64,000 bases of DNA from an uncultured bacterium (GCA_963813815.1 CAWFAD010000008.1:32001-96000), one strand, 5' to 3'. Positions 47,594 through 58,582 are shown, counted from the stretch's first letter. The notes: generated from the sequence alone by a model not told the origin. Program-made: numbers and translations.

Positions 47594-48270
47594 CACGTCT
47601 GCGACCGGTAGTCCTCGGCGTGGTGCCTCACGATGACGCCCTCCACCATGTAGATCACGTCTTCGGCGACGTTCGTCGCGTGATCGGCGATGCGCTCGAG
47701 GTGGCGCGAGCACGAGAGGAGATGGATGAGGCTTTCGAGCTGCTCGGGCCTCCGGCGGATGGCCTCCTGGATGCGGACGTACATGTCGCGGTTCATGGCG
47801 TCCACCTCGTCGTCGGCGACGAGCACCTCGCGGGCGAGCACCGAATCGCGGTTGATGAGCGCGTCGAGGCTCCGCCGGAGCATTCCCTTCGTTTTCTCGG
47901 CCATGAGCGGCAGATCGAGCGGGATCTCGGGGCGCTCGCGCGAGGCGAGAAACACCGCGCGCTCGGCGATGTTGACCGCGAGATCGCCCATCCGCTCAAG
48001 GTCGTTGTTGATCTTGAGAATGGCGACGATGAATCGCAGATCCCCGGCGACGGGCTGATGCAGCGCGAGCACCTTGAGACATTCCTCCTCGATGAGGATC
48101 TCGGTCTGATCGACGTCGCGGTCGTCCGACGCGATGACCTCTTCCGCGAGGGACGAGTCGCGATCGGTGAGCGCGCGGACCGCCTTGTAGACGTTGTCCT
48201 CGACGGTGGCGCTCAGCGCGAGCACCCGCTTTTTGAGAATACTGATTTCACGTTCCAGATGTTTGGGCAC
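47593..48270 (-). CDS. phoU: Phosphate signaling protein PhoU
   Basis: QPVAGDLR, DLERMGD and LERIADHATN motifs. Confidence 0.95.
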   Translation of the reverse strand: MPKHLEREISILKKRVLALSATVEDNVYKAVRALTDRDSSLAEEVIASDDRDVDQTEILIEEECLKVLALHQPVAGDLRFIVAILKINNDLERMGDLAVNIAERAVFLASRERPEIPLDLPLMAEKTKGMLRRSLDALINRDSVLAREVLVADDEVDAMNRDMYVRIQEAIRRRPEQLESLIHLLSCSRHLERIADHATNVAEDVIYMVEGVIVRHHAEDYRSQT

Positions 48271-48326
48271 GATTCACTCCGTCCGGTTGGATTGTTTCGC
48301 CGCCGCGGGGCGGCGCCCGCCGCTCA

Positions 48327-49160
48327 TCAGCCGAAGCGGCCCGTGATGTAGTCTTCCGTGTGCTTCTCTTTCGGCTTCGTGAACACCCGATCGGTGTTGC
48401 CGAATTCTATCAGACGCCCCTCGTAAAAGTAAGCCGTCATGTCGGAGACGCGCGCGGCCTGCTGCATGTTGTGCGTGACGATCACGATCGTGTAATCGCC
48501 CCGCAGCTCGCCGATGAGATCCTCTATCCGGGCGGTCGAGCGCGGATCGAGGGCCGAGGCCGGCTCGTCCATGAGGAGAATTTTCGGATTCACGGCGATC
48601 GCGCGCGCGATGCAGAGCCGCTGCTGCTGGCCGCCCGAGAGCCCGAGGGCGTTATCCGCCAGCCGGTCCTTGACCTCGTCCCAGAGAGCGGCGCGCCTGA
48701 GGCTGCGCTCGACGGTCTCCGCGATTTTCGACCGGTCCCCCGTCCCGTGGATGCGCGGACCGAAGGCGACGTTGTCGAATATGCTCTTCGGGAACGGGTT
48801 CGGCTTCTGAAACACCATCCCGACCATCTTGCGCAGCGACACGACGTCGACGTCGGCGTCGTAGAGGCTCTGGCCGTCGAGGGCGAGCGAGCCGGCCGCC
48901 CTGCAGCCCGGGATGAGATCGTTCATGCGGTTGATGGCCCGCAGAAACGTGCTCTTGCCGCAGCCGCTCGGACCGATGATCGCCGTCACGAGGCCCGCGG
49001 GAATGTCGAACGAGGCCGCGTCGACGGCCGCCTTCGATCCGTAGAAGACCGAAAAATCCCGGGACGCGATGAGCGTCCGCGCCTCCGGCGCCGTCTCGCC
49101 GGCCCCCAGGGTCCGGGCCGGCCTCGTCGGCGGCCCCGTCGGATTGCTCTGTGCAGTCAC
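48327..49160 (-). CDS. pstB: Phosphate ABC transporter ATP-binding protein
   Basis: [24 protein letters not shown] and YITGRFG motifs. Confidence 0.96.
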   Translation of the reverse strand: MTAQSNPTGPPTRPARTLGAGETAPEARTLIASRDFSVFYGSKAAVDAASFDIPAGLVTAIIGPSGCGKSTFLRAINRMNDLIPGCRAAGSLALDGQSLYDADVDVVSLRKMVGMVFQKPNPFPKSIFDNVAFGPRIHGTGDRSKIAETVERSLRRAALWDEVKDRLADNALGLSGGQQQRLCIARAIAVNPKILLMDEPASALDPRSTARIEDLIGELRGDYTIVIVTHNMQQAARVSDMTAYFYEGRLIEFGNTDRVFTKPKEKHTEDYITGRFG

Positions 49161-49219
49161 TTCGCGAACCTCCGCATCGAACGCCCGCGAGCCGCCGCGG
49201 CCGCGGGCGGTGTGCCGTC

Positions 49220-50566
49220 CTAGCCCCGCAGCTTCCTCGCGATTCTCGCCCGCAGGATGATCGCGGTGAGATTGAGGAGCAGCACGAGGACGACGAGCGT
49301 GAGAACCATTCCATACTGTACGTGGCGGATCTCGTCGACCGCCTCATGCTCGGTCGCGAGATTGAATATGTTCCAGGGAAGCGCCGGCGTCGGCTGGGAG
49401 AACGTTTGCCAGATGGCGAGCGGTCTTCCGACGCTCACGGCCGCCGTGAAAATGATGGGGGCCGTCTCCCCCGCCGCGCGTCCCATGCTGATGATGATGC
49501 TCGTGAGAACGCCGGGCAGCGCCGCCGGCAGGATCACCGTCGCGATCGAACGCCACTTGCCGGCGCCGAGACTCATCGCCGCTTCCTTGTAGGTCGCCGG
49601 AACCGCCTTGATCGCCTCCTCCGAGGCGCGGATGACGGTCGGGAGCACGAGCAGGGCGAGCGTGAGCGATCCCGCAAGCACGCTCTTCGATGGCGAGACG
49701 TGCAGCGTATTGATGAAGAACGCGAGGCCGAAGAGCCCGAAGACGATGCTCGGCACGCCGGCGAGCGAGCTGATGCACGTGCGAAGCATGCTCACGAAGG
49801 CGCTCTCCCCCGCGTACTCGGCGAGGTAGATCGCCGTGGCCACCCCGAGCGGCACGGCGAAGAGCATCGCGCCGATCGCGAGGTATATCGTCCCGAGCAT
49901 TTCCGGCCAGATCCCGCCGAAGAAGTGCGCGTCGAACGACTCGTCGAAGAGGAACCGCCAGTATAAGGTCGGGCGCGGGCGGAGCATGGCGCGCGCGTCC
50001 CTCTCGAGCAGACCGAAGAGGGGCTCGAGCGCCGTGCCGCGGAACCGCTCGACGCGCGGAGAAAGCGTCTTGACTCCCATCCTGGCCTGATCGGAGTAGT
50101 CGTATTCCTCCACGAAAAGAATTTGGCCGAGCTTGACCCCAGCGCGATCCCAGCGCGTTTGGCCGTATTGATCGCGGGTGAGCACGGGGGTCTCCATCCC
50201 CGGTTCGGGGCCGAGCAGCTCGTCGACGAGATCGCGGACCTCGCGGAACTCCCCGCGATAGGTCCGCCGGTATTCGGCGTCCGCCGTGTCGAGCGCGGCC
50301 TCGAACCCGGCGATCGTCTCGTACACCGGCGCGCGCGCGGCCGCGGCCGAGGCGATTTCCCGCTCGATCGCCGCCCGGTCGCCCCGGTCGAACTTCTCGA
50401 GCATGAGCCGCCGGTACTCGATCGTGCCGCGGAAGACGAACGCGCCCGATCCCTTCGCGAAGATCGGCCACAGCAGCACGACGAGCGCCGAGGCCATGAG
50501 GGCGATGGAAAGCAGCCCCACGACGGTGAAGGAGCGATCGAACATCTTGCGCGACCCGACGTCCAT
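49220..50566 (-). CDS. pstA: Phosphate ABC transporter permease
   Basis: [13 protein letters not shown] and RAAGETAP motifs. Confidence 0.95.
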   Translation of the reverse strand: MDVGSRKMFDRSFTVVGLLSIALMASALVVLLWPIFAKGSGAFVFRGTIEYRRLMLEKFDRGDRAAIEREIASAAAARAPVYETIAGFEAALDTADAEYRRTYRGEFREVRDLVDELLGPEPGMETPVLTRDQYGQTRWDRAGVKLGQILFVEEYDYSDQARMGVKTLSPRVERFRGTALEPLFGLLERDARAMLRPRPTLYWRFLFDESFDAHFFGGIWPEMLGTIYLAIGAMLFAVPLGVATAIYLAEYAGESAFVSMLRTCISSLAGVPSIVFGLFGLAFFINTLHVSPSKSVLAGSLTLALLVLPTVIRASEEAIKAVPATYKEAAMSLGAGKWRSIATVILPAALPGVLTSIIISMGRAAGETAPIIFTAAVSVGRPLAIWQTFSQPTPALPWNIFNLATEHEAVDEIRHVQYGMVLTLVVLVLLLNLTAIILRARIARKLRG

Positions 50567-50569
50567 CCC

Positions 50570-51697
50570 CTACCTCTTCCTCCCCCGGCGCACCCTGCGG
50601 ACGGCGAGCTCGCTCAGGAAATTCATGACGAACGCGACGGCCAAGAGACCGAGCGCCATCGCGAACAGCACGTGGTACCGGGCCGAGCCGTACACGTGAT
50701 CGGCCTCGCCCATGTCTCCGGCGATGGTCGCCGTGAGCGTGCGCACGGGCTCGAGGAAATTGAACCACGGTTGAGGGATCCTCGCGGCGTTTCCCGAGGC
50801 CATCCAGACGACCATCGTCTCGCCGATGGCGCGCATGACGCCGAGGATCACCGCGGCGAGAATGCCGCTCTTCGCCGCCGGAACGACGACGCGGAGCAGC
50901 GTCTCGGCGCGCGTCGCGCCGAGGGCGTAGCTCCCCTCGCGGAGCTCCCTCCCGACGGCGTTCAGGGCGTCCTCGGACACGCTCACGACGGTCGGAAGCG
51001 CCATGATGCCGAGGATGATGGAGACGTTGAGCGCGTTGGTGCCGCTCGCGACGTCGACGCGCCCGAACGCCTTCGCGAGCGCGAAGAGCCCCGCCGCGGA
51101 CAGCCCAGCCGCCAGCGCGATCGTAACCGCGCGCACGGCGCCGCGCGCCCGCTCGGCGACCCTCCCGGCCGCCGCGCTTCCCGCGGCGACGGAGGCGGCC
51201 AGCGCGAGCGGCGCGAGCACGATGAGCGCCCCCGCGGCGAGGAGATTTCCCCCGCGGGCCTGCAGGAGCGGCGCGAACACGACGAGCGCGAAGAATCCGT
51301 ACACCACCGACGGGATCGCGGCCAGCATCTCGATGACGGGCTTCACGATCTGGCGCACCGCGAACGGCAGAATGTCGCTCAGGCAGAGCGCCGCGAACAC
51401 GCCGAGCGGCACGGCGACGAGGCTCGCGCCGATCGTCACGAGGGCGCTCCCGACGAAGATGGCGAGCGCGCCGAACTCCGCGTCCTCCCGCGAGGGATAC
51501 CATCTCGCGCTCGCGAGAAACTCGCGGACCCCCTCGATCCGGAAGAAGGGGATCGCGTCCTTGATGATGAAATAGAAGATGAACAGAAGCGCGACGATCG
51601 AGCTCGAGGCGACCGCGACGAGCGCGGTGCGACCGAAGAGGGCGCCCAGGCGGTTTCGCCGCCGGGCGCCCCTGCTCATGAGAAGCTCCGCGCGCAT
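50570..51697 (-). CDS. pstC: Phosphate ABC transporter permease
   Basis: LAAIPSVVYGF and RAIGETM motifs; start overlaps the pstS stop (TAATG). Confidence 0.95.
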   Translation of the reverse strand: MRAELLMSRGARRRNRLGALFGRTALVAVASSSIVALLFIFYFIIKDAIPFFRIEGVREFLASARWYPSREDAEFGALAIFVGSALVTIGASLVAVPLGVFAALCLSDILPFAVRQIVKPVIEMLAAIPSVVYGFFALVVFAPLLQARGGNLLAAGALIVLAPLALAASVAAGSAAAGRVAERARGAVRAVTIALAAGLSAAGLFALAKAFGRVDVASGTNALNVSIILGIMALPTVVSVSEDALNAVGRELREGSYALGATRAETLLRVVVPAAKSGILAAVILGVMRAIGETMVVWMASGNAARIPQPWFNFLEPVRTLTATIAGDMGEADHVYGSARYHVLFAMALGLLAVAFVMNFLSELAVRRVRRGRKR

Positions 51698-52542
51698 TAG
51701 TACTTGGTGACCGGCACGAAGCCGATCTCCTCGACGATCTCCTGCCCCTTCGGGCTCAGGTAGAGGGTGACGAAACCGTGCAGGTGGCTGCCGAGCTTCG
51801 GATAGCCGTTCGTGAACATGTAGAGCGGCCGGGCGACCGGATAGATTCCCGATGAAACAGTCGCGTTGTCCGGCAGAACGTTGTTGACCTTGAGCGCCTT
51901 CACCGTGCGGTCCGCGAAGCCGAGACCGACGTAGCCGATCGCGGCGGGCGTGCTCTGCACGCGCTGGCGGATGGCTCCGTTCCAACCGACGTACTCGGCC
52001 TTGTCCGACAGCTTGGCGTTCTTCATGACGAGGGTTTCGAAGCTCTCGTAGGTGCCGCTGTTCGTGTCGCGGCTGATCATGACGATCCGCACGTCCGGCC
52101 CGCCGATCTGCTTCCAGTTGACGATCTTGCCCGTGTAGATGTCGCGGACCTGCTCGACGGTGAGACCCGATACCGGGTTGCTCGGATGGACGATGATCGC
52201 GATGCCGTCGATCGCGACGACGTGAGCCACGGGGTAGATGCCCTTTTCGATCGCGGCCTTGAACTCCTCCGCTTTCATGAACCGGGACATGTCGGCGATG
52301 TCGCACATTCCGTTCACGAGCGCCTTTGCGCCGTTGCCGCTGCCCGACTCGCTCACCGTGATGTTGACCTTCGGGTTCTTCTGCAGGTAGTACTCCGCGA
52401 AGGCCTTGGCTATCGGACCGACGGTCGTCGAACCGTCGATGATGATCTTGTTGTCCTGCGCCGCGGCGGGCCCGCCGGCGAAGACGCAGGCGACGAGAAC
52501 CGCAGCCGCCGCCGCGCCGAATTTCATTCCTCGCATCATCAT
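51697..52542 (-). CDS. pstS: Phosphate-binding protein
   Basis: DGSTTV, SGSGNG, RDTNSGT and YPVARPL motifs. Confidence 0.95.
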   Translation of the reverse strand: MMMRGMKFGAAAAAVLVACVFAGGPAAAQDNKIIIDGSTTVGPIAKAFAEYYLQKNPKVNITVSESGSGNGAKALVNGMCDIADMSRFMKAEEFKAAIEKGIYPVAHVVAIDGIAIIVHPSNPVSGLTVEQVRDIYTGKIVNWKQIGGPDVRIVMISRDTNSGTYESFETLVMKNAKLSDKAEYVGWNGAIRQRVQSTPAAIGYVGLGFADRTVKALKVNNVLPDNATVSSGIYPVARPLYMFTNGYPKLGSHLHGFVTLYLSPKGQEIVEEIGFVPVTKY

Positions 52543-52593
52543 TCGTACCTCCTCGTTCAAGCTCTTTTCCATACTATACTCGCCGCGCATGAA

Positions 52594-52626
52594 GCCATCG
52601 TTAACGCTTCGTTAGAAAATCGTTAG
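52594..52626 (-). promoter_or_regulatory. PHO-box-like 11-bp direct repeats upstream of pstS
   Basis: Minus strand CTAACGATTTT CTAACGAAGCG TTAACGATGGC, then a TATAGT -10 element. Confidence 0.7.
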
Positions 52627-52644
52627 GGCCGCCGGGGGGCTTCC

Positions 52645-53766
52645 CTAGAACTTCACCTGCACGTCCGCCTGGAGCCTCCGGTACCCGCTCTCGTCGTCCG
52701 TATCTTTGAGGCCCTTCGTGTTGACGAAGTATGTGAGATCGAGGCTCACGTTCTTCACGACGCCGTACGCGGCCCCGAGCTCGAGCCCCTTGCCGTTCGT
52801 GCCGCCGCCGATGAAGTCCGAATCGGTGAACGCCCCCACGACGGCGTCGGACTCGAGACTGCGGTAGTTGGCGTAGATCCTCACAGCCCCCGCGTCCTTG
52901 CCGTAGCTCACGGCGCCCCCGAAGAGCCAGCCCGTGTTGAGGCTGTCGGCGGCGACGTTCCGCACATAGTCGCCGTACAGCTTGAGACCGGCCTTTTCGG
53001 AGAGCGAAACGGTCACGACGCCGAGCACCTCGACCTCGTCGAAGTCCGTCGCGTAGCCGTACACGTCTTCTTCCTCGTCCGCGCCGATGACCGTCTTGGA
53101 GTTGCCGTAGCTTTTCGCGGCGTTGTAGAACAGCGCCATGCCTTCGGCGCCCTCGTAGTCGTAGTATCCGGCCCCCATAGCTATCTTCACGTCATCCGAG
53201 GCCTTCACGTCGAATCCGGCCTGGACGCCGACGAGGTACGACTCGTCGTCCGGATCCCGGTCCTCGATATAGAAGCCGCCTCCGCTGAGATACATCGACG
53301 CCTTTTCGCCGAGGACGCGGCCGTACCGGATCGCGAGGCCCTCCGGATTGAGGTCTCCGTCCCAGATGAGCTCGGCCTTGTCCGCCGTCTCGAAGGGGAG
53401 GTTCATCTTGCCGCCGATGAGACGCAGCCCCTCGATCGAGGCCGGATGAAAATCGAAGTAGGCGAGATCGAGCCCGATCTGCTTCGTCGAGAATCCGTCC
53501 GTCAACGTCTGGTTCGTCGAGACCGGATCGTCCGAGCCCGAGGCGAGGCCGATCGCGGCGCTCCAGGCGCCGGAGATCTCCGCCGAAACGGAGAGCCGGG
53601 CGCGCATGCGCCACCGGTTTTGATCGTCCTTGTCCTCCTGCCGAATGAGCTCGTGGCGCTCGCGGACGTCGCCCTTGATCTTGACCTTCTCATACCACTC
53701 GCCCGCCTGTGCGATCGCCGGCGTCATCATGACGCCTATGATCGCCGCTGCTACTGACGTTCTCAC
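52645..53766 (-). CDS. Putative (phosphate) porin
   Basis: Signal peptide; KGDVRERHE, DPVSTNQT and WDGDLNPEG motifs; terminal QVKF; inside the pho locus. Confidence 0.85.
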   Translation of the reverse strand: MRTSVAAAIIGVMMTPAIAQAGEWYEKVKIKGDVRERHELIRQEDKDDQNRWRMRARLSVSAEISGAWSAAIGLASGSDDPVSTNQTLTDGFSTKQIGLDLAYFDFHPASIEGLRLIGGKMNLPFETADKAELIWDGDLNPEGLAIRYGRVLGEKASMYLSGGGFYIEDRDPDDESYLVGVQAGFDVKASDDVKIAMGAGYYDYEGAEGMALFYNAAKSYGNSKTVIGADEEEDVYGYATDFDEVEVLGVVTVSLSEKAGLKLYGDYVRNVAADSLNTGWLFGGAVSYGKDAGAVRIYANYRSLESDAVVGAFTDSDFIGGGTNGKGLELGAAYGVVKNVSLDLTYFVNTKGLKDTDDESGYRRLQADVQVKF

Positions 53767-53915
53767 GCTGGACACCTCCTTGGCTCGGGTTGGTGAGAGC
53801 GTTTGCCCGACGGCCCGCTTCTCCGAATCATGGCCGTCGCCCCTATGATGCGTGAGCGGCATTCAAGGAGAATGAGCGGCGGGTTAGTTTTGTGTGAACG
53901 AGAGGGAGCGCCCGG

Positions 53916-55696
53916 TCACGATTCCCGGGGCAGATGAATCGTGAAGACGCTGCCCGCGCCGGGAGAGCTCGCGACGGTGACGCTTCCGCCGTGGGCCTGC
54001 GCGATGTGCTTCACGATCGAGAGCCCGAGCCCCGTGCCCCCGAGCTTGCGGCTCCGCGCCTTGTCGACGCGGTAGAAACGCTCGAAGATGCGCGCGAGGT
54101 GCTGCGGCTCGATGCCGGCTCCGTGATCGGCGACGTCGACGAGAACCTCGGGGCCCGCGGCTCGAACCGCGATATCGACCGAACGGCCGGCGTCGCTGTA
54201 CTTGACGGCGTTGTCGATGAGATTGACGAGCGCTTGCTCGAAGAGCGCCGGATTGACGCGCGCGGAGACGTCCTCCGGACAGTCGAGGGCGAGCGCGATC
54301 CCTTTTCCCTCGGCCTTTCGCCCGCAGACCTCCATCGCCTCGAGGATGACGCCCCGAGCGGCGTCCGCTCGAGCGGGATCCGCTCGTGCTTTCCGTTTTG
54401 CTCGAGGCGGGAGAGAAAGAGGAGGTCCTCGACGATCGAGTTCATCCGCTCGGTCTGCTTCGCGATGATGTCGAGAAATTTCCTCGCGTCTTCCGGGTCG
54501 CCGACGGCGCCGTCGCGAAGCGTTTCGACGAATCCCTTGATCGAGGTGATCGGGGTTTTGAGCTCGTGCGACACGTTCGCGACGAAATCCCGCCGCACCT
54601 CCTCGAGCCGCTGGAGCCGCGTGACGTCGTTCAGCACGATAACGGCTCCGATCCGGCGCCCGTCCTCGCCGCGGAGCTCGGCGCCGTGGGCCTGCAGGAA
54701 TCGATCCCCCGCCGCCCCCCGCAGCGTGACGTCTCCCTCGACGGGCTCCGCGGACGAGAGCGCGCGCTGCACGAACTGCTGGAGCTCGGGGTTGCGGACG
54801 ATCTCCTGAATGCTCTTCCCGGCGACGCTCTCCGGCACGTCGAGAATGGCGGCAGCCGCCCGGTTGATCCGCATGACCTTTTCATCGGTATCCACCGCCA
54901 GCAGCCCCTCGACCATGCTCGAGAGCACGGCCTCCTGCTCGTTGCTCCGGCGCACCTCCTCGCGGATGCGCTCGTCGAGGCGCGCGGCCATCTCGTTCAT
55001 CTCGCCGGCGATCTCCCCCATCTCGTCGAGGCGGTACACGGGGAGCCGGTACGAAAGGTCGCTGCCGGAGAATCGCTCCATCCCCCGCTTGATGTCGTCG
55101 AGGGGGCGGCTGATCCGGCGCGCGGCGGCGAAGCTCGCGAGCGCGGCGAGCGCCGCGGCGGCGAGGGCCCCGAGAGCGATGCGGAGCCTGACGCCCCCGA
55201 GCGCCGCGTCGATCCCGGTGAGCGGCGTCGAGATGCGCACCGCTCCGGCGACGGCGTCCCCGCGCGCGATCGGCACGGCGATGTACATCTCGTTTCTCCG
55301 GCGGGTGTCGCTGAACCGCATCGAGGTTCCCACGCGTCCCGCGAGAGCCTGGGCGATCTCCGGCCGGTCGCGGTGGCTCTCCATGTTCGCGGGGCGCTCC
55401 TCCGAATCGCCGATGACCCGCCCCGACGCCAGAACGACCGTGGCGCGCGTCTCCGTCGTTCGTCCGACATCCTTGCAGAGCGAATCGACGCGCGCCCACG
55501 CTCCCTCATCCGCGAGATCGACGCCGCCGAGCAGCCGCTCCACGAGCCGCGCGCGCGAGGCGAGGAAGTCCCTCGTCGTGCCGACGTGGAACTCGCGCAT
55601 CGACCGGGAGACGTATATCCCCGTCACGAGCAGCGCCGCCACGACGATGAGAAGGTGGTACGGGTAGAGATGCCAGAGTATCGTTCCGCGGCGCAT
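53916..55696 (-). CDS. phoR: Phosphate regulon sensor kinase, frameshift near 54354
   Basis: HAMP, PAS and FVANVSHELKTP in one frame; HATPase NLIDNAVKY/FERFYRVD/GTGLGL in another. Confidence 0.88.
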
Positions 55697-56386
55697 CTAG
55701 CTCTCCCGGTAGCGGTAGCCGACTCCGCGGACCGTGTCGATGCGCTCCCCGAGCGCGCCGAGCTTCTTTCGCAGCCCCACGATGTGAACGTCCACGGACC
55801 GGTCGGTGACGGGGTACTCGTCGCCCCGCGCCGCGTCGATGATCTGCTGGCGCGTGAACACCCATCCGGGGCGGCGGGCGAGGAGATGCAGGATTCGAAA
55901 CTCGGTCGAAGTGAGATCGACTCTCTTCCCCTTCGCCGCGACTTCGTGGCGCCCCGGGTGGATCGCGAGATCTTTGAGCCTGATGACGACGGTCTCCTCG
56001 GACGGCGCCTTCGTCTTCCGCCTCAGCACGGCGCGGACGCGCGCCAGCAGGACGCGGGGGCTGAAGGGCTTGGTGACGTAATCGTCCGCGCCGAGCTCGA
56101 GCCCCGCCACGACGTCGGGCTCCTCGCCGCGCGCGGTGAGCATGATGACGGGCACGTTCGCCGTGCGCGGATCGCGCTTGAGCGTGTTGCAGACCTCGAA
56201 CCCGTCGACCCCCGGAAGCATGAGATCGAGGAGCACGAGATCGGGCGCCTTCGACCGCGCCGCCTTGATCGCCTCCTCGCCGGAAGCGGCCTTCGTCACG
56301 CGGTAACCCGCCTTCGCGAGGTTGTACGCCACGAGCTCGAGGATATCCTCTTCGTCGTCCACGATGAGAATGTGCTCGGTCGCCAT
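55697..56386 (-). CDS. phoB: OmpR-family phosphate response regulator
   Basis: Receiver plus winged helix (RSVDVHI, TVRGVGY); adjacent to phoR and pst. Confidence 0.9.
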   Translation of the reverse strand: MATEHILIVDDEEDILELVAYNLAKAGYRVTKAASGEEAIKAARSKAPDLVLLDLMLPGVDGFEVCNTLKRDPRTANVPVIMLTARGEEPDVVAGLELGADDYVTKPFSPRVLLARVRAVLRRKTKAPSEETVVIRLKDLAIHPGRHEVAAKGKRVDLTSTEFRILHLLARRPGWVFTRQQIIDAARGDEYPVTDRSVDVHIVGLRKKLGALGERIDTVRGVGYRYRES

Positions 56387-56458
56387 GCCGTCCTTCCGTT
56401 TCCGCCGCCGACCCGCAGGCGACGCTAAGGATAGTATATCCAGAAATAAGAGTAATGG

Positions 56459-56502
56459 GAAAATGCGAGCGGAGCGTGAGCGAAACGTGAGATTTCCGTT
56501 AG
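56459..56502 (-). promoter_or_regulatory. PHO-box-like 11-bp direct repeats upstream of phoB
   Basis: Minus strand CTAACGGAAAT CTCACGTTTCG CTCACGCTCCG CTCGCATTTTC. Confidence 0.65.
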
Positions 56503-56768
56503 GACGCCGTCCCCCGCCGCGTTCTCAGCTGGTAGAGGTTGTCGAGAAAGTCGCTCCCCGCGTACCCGGCGAGCGCGGCGAGCCGCCAGTCTCCCTCGCA
56601 AAGAGCGCCGGCGAGGGCGCCGGTGGCCGCCGCCGCGAGGATGGAAGCGGCGAGATAGCCGAGCCGGATGCCCGGGCCCTCGGGGCCGCTCCGTTCGAGG
56701 CGCTTGAGGATGCCGACGAGCGAGCGGACGAGCCCGCCGAGCGCCCCCATGCCGACGACGACGATCAT
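56499..56768 (-). CDS. Small membrane protein
   Basis: ATGA overlap with the upstream gene; hydrophobic Gly/Ala-rich helices. Confidence 0.65.
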   Translation of the reverse strand: MIVVVGMGALGGLVRSLVGILKRLERSGPEGPGIRLGYLAASILAAAATGALAGALCEGDWRLAALAGYAGSDFLDNLYQLRTRRGTAS

Positions 56769-57214
56769 TCGGATACGAGCTCCTCGAAAATCTCCACGGC
56801 GTCCCTCACGAGACGCGGACAGAGCGTGTCGAAGAGCCCCTCGCTCTTCGCGCGCTCGAACCCTTCCGGCGTGCCGATCCGGCAGCCGAGGAGCTCGCGG
56901 CACAGAACGGATCCGTTCCGTTCCTCGAACCGCCGCATGAGCTCTCGAGCCGCCGCATACGCCGCCTCCTTCTCGTCCTTCTGATCCGGGCGGCCTCCTC
57001 CGCGGGCGAGGCCGATCGCCATGAGCGCTCCCGTCACGGCGCCGCACGCCTCGCCTCGGCGCGCCATGCCGCCTCCGAAGGCGCAAGCCGTCCGCGCCGC
57101 GATCCCGCGATCGAGCCCGAACCGCGGCGCGAGAGCCGAGAACACCGCCTGCGAGCAGTTGAAGCCGTCCTTGAACACTACCGCCGCCTCTTCCGTTGTA
57201 TTCGCTCTTTTCAC
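56765..57214 (-). CDS. C-GCAxxG-C-C family putative redox protein
   Basis: FNCSQAV, FGGGM, CGAVTG, CRELLG and CPRLV motifs. Confidence 0.9.
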   Translation of the reverse strand: MKRANTTEEAAVVFKDGFNCSQAVFSALAPRFGLDRGIAARTACAFGGGMARRGEACGAVTGALMAIGLARGGGRPDQKDEKEAAYAAARELMRRFEERNGSVLCRELLGCRIGTPEGFERAKSEGLFDTLCPRLVRDAVEIFEELVSE

Positions 57215-57245
57215 GAATGGATTCCTTTCGGTGGGGATTGAAAAG

Positions 57246-57323
57246 TGGTCGGGGCGACTGGATTCGAACCAGCGACCTCTTGCGCCCAAGGCAAGCGCGC
57301 TAGCCTGGCTGCGCTACGCCCCG
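57246..57323 (-). tRNA. tRNA-Pro(TGG)
   Basis: CGGGGCG acceptor; anticodon arm CTTGC-CT-TGG-GC-GCAAG; GGTTCGAATCC; encoded CCA. Confidence 0.97.
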
Positions 57324-58582
57324 ACCTTTTTTTTGCCGGCGATGCCGCTCCCCCGCCGCTCGCGCGCGACATCCCGATAGACGGCTGCAATCCGCTCGTA
57401 GTGGACGTCCGGCCCGTAGAGGCGCTCGGCTTTCTCCCTCCCCCGCCGGCCCATCTCCTCGCGCGCGGAGCGGCTTCCGAGCATTCTCCGCAGGCTCTCC
57501 GCGAGCGCGGCGACGTTCCCCATCGGGAAGAGGAACCCCGTCGCCCCGTCCTCCACCATCTCGGGAATGCCCCCGACGTTCGACGCGACGACCGGTTTCG
57601 AGCACGCCATGGCCTCCATGATCGCGAAGGGGAGATTCTCGTACCCGCGCGACGGGAGCACGACGAACTGAGATTCGGCCGTGAGCCGGCGAAGCTCCTC
57701 GCCGGTCTTGCGGCCGACGAACTCGACCCGGTTCGCGCCGAGCTCCCGCGCGAGCGCGCGAAGATCCCCCTCGGCCGGCCCCTCGCCGACGATGACGAGC
57801 CGCCCCGTCTCCAGCGCGGCCGCGGCGCGGATGAGATCGTCGAGCCCCTTCTCGAAGAGGAGCCTCCCGAGGTACACGAAGTAATCCTTCTCGGGCAGGG
57901 ATCGGTACGATCCGAGATCGACGAAGTTCGGAGCGGCGGTGATGCGTCCCGGATCGAAGCCCCCCGCGACGAGCTTCGCCTTGAGAAACTCGCTCGGCGT
58001 GAGGAAACGATCGATCCGCGCCGGCACCCTCGCCGCGCGGTCGTAGAGCGTCGTGATCATGGCGACGAGGCTCGCCGAGAGGCTCCCTTTCTTGCAGCGC
58101 TGGAGGAGCGCCTCGTAAAAACGGTTCGGGAGACAGCGCTCGCAGATCTCGCCGCGGGAGAGAAACGATGTGTTCGGGCAGACGAGCCTGAAGTCGTGGA
58201 GCGTCCACACGATGGGGATGCCCCTCGCCCGGAGCGGCTCGACGATCGAAGTCGTGAGATGCGCGTGAATGTTATGGAAATGCGCGACGTCCGGCTTCAC
58301 CGCGTCGGCGAGCGCGGCGATTTTCCGCCGGGCCTCGCCGCTGTAAACGCTCCTCGCGAGCACCCGCCACGCGGCGCGGGGGGACCGCCTCGCCAGCATC
58401 GACGGAAAGTCGATCTCGCTCACGAAATACGGCGCGTAGGGAGTCGGCAGGTTGTTCGGCGTCTCCATGCCGAAGGGAATCACCTCGTGCCCGCGCTCCT
58501 CGAGCAGCCTCGAGAGAGCGAGCATGTAGGTCGAGTCCCCTCCGCGGGGGTAGTAGAAGGTTTGCACCATGAGAACGCGCAT
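57314..58582 (-). CDS. GT4 glycosyltransferase
   Basis: YPRGG, TLHDF and ENLPFAIMEAMA motifs. Confidence 0.92.
   Translation of the reverse strand: MRVLMVQTFYYPRGGDSTYMLALSRLLEERGHEVIPFGMETPNNLPTPYAPYFVSEIDFPSMLARRSPRAAWRVLARSVYSGEARRKIAALADAVKPDVAHFHNIHAHLTTSIVEPLRARGIPIVWTLHDFRLVCPNTSFLSRGEICERCLPNRFYEALLQRCKKGSLSASLVAMITTLYDRAARVPARIDRFLTPSEFLKAKLVAGGFDPGRITAAPNFVDLGSYRSLPEKDYFVYLGRLLFEKGLDDLIRAAAALETGRLVIVGEGPAEGDLRALARELGANRVEFVGRKTGEELRRLTAESQFVVLPSRGYENLPFAIMEAMACSKPVVASNVGGIPEMVEDGATGFLFPMGNVAALAESLRRMLGSRSAREEMGRRGREKAERLYGPDVHYERIAAVYRDVARERRGSGIAGKKKVGA

Noticed and set aside
57215..57246. Island integrated at tRNA-Pro
   Set aside because: No duplicate of the tRNA 3' end, integrase or composition shift seen downstream.
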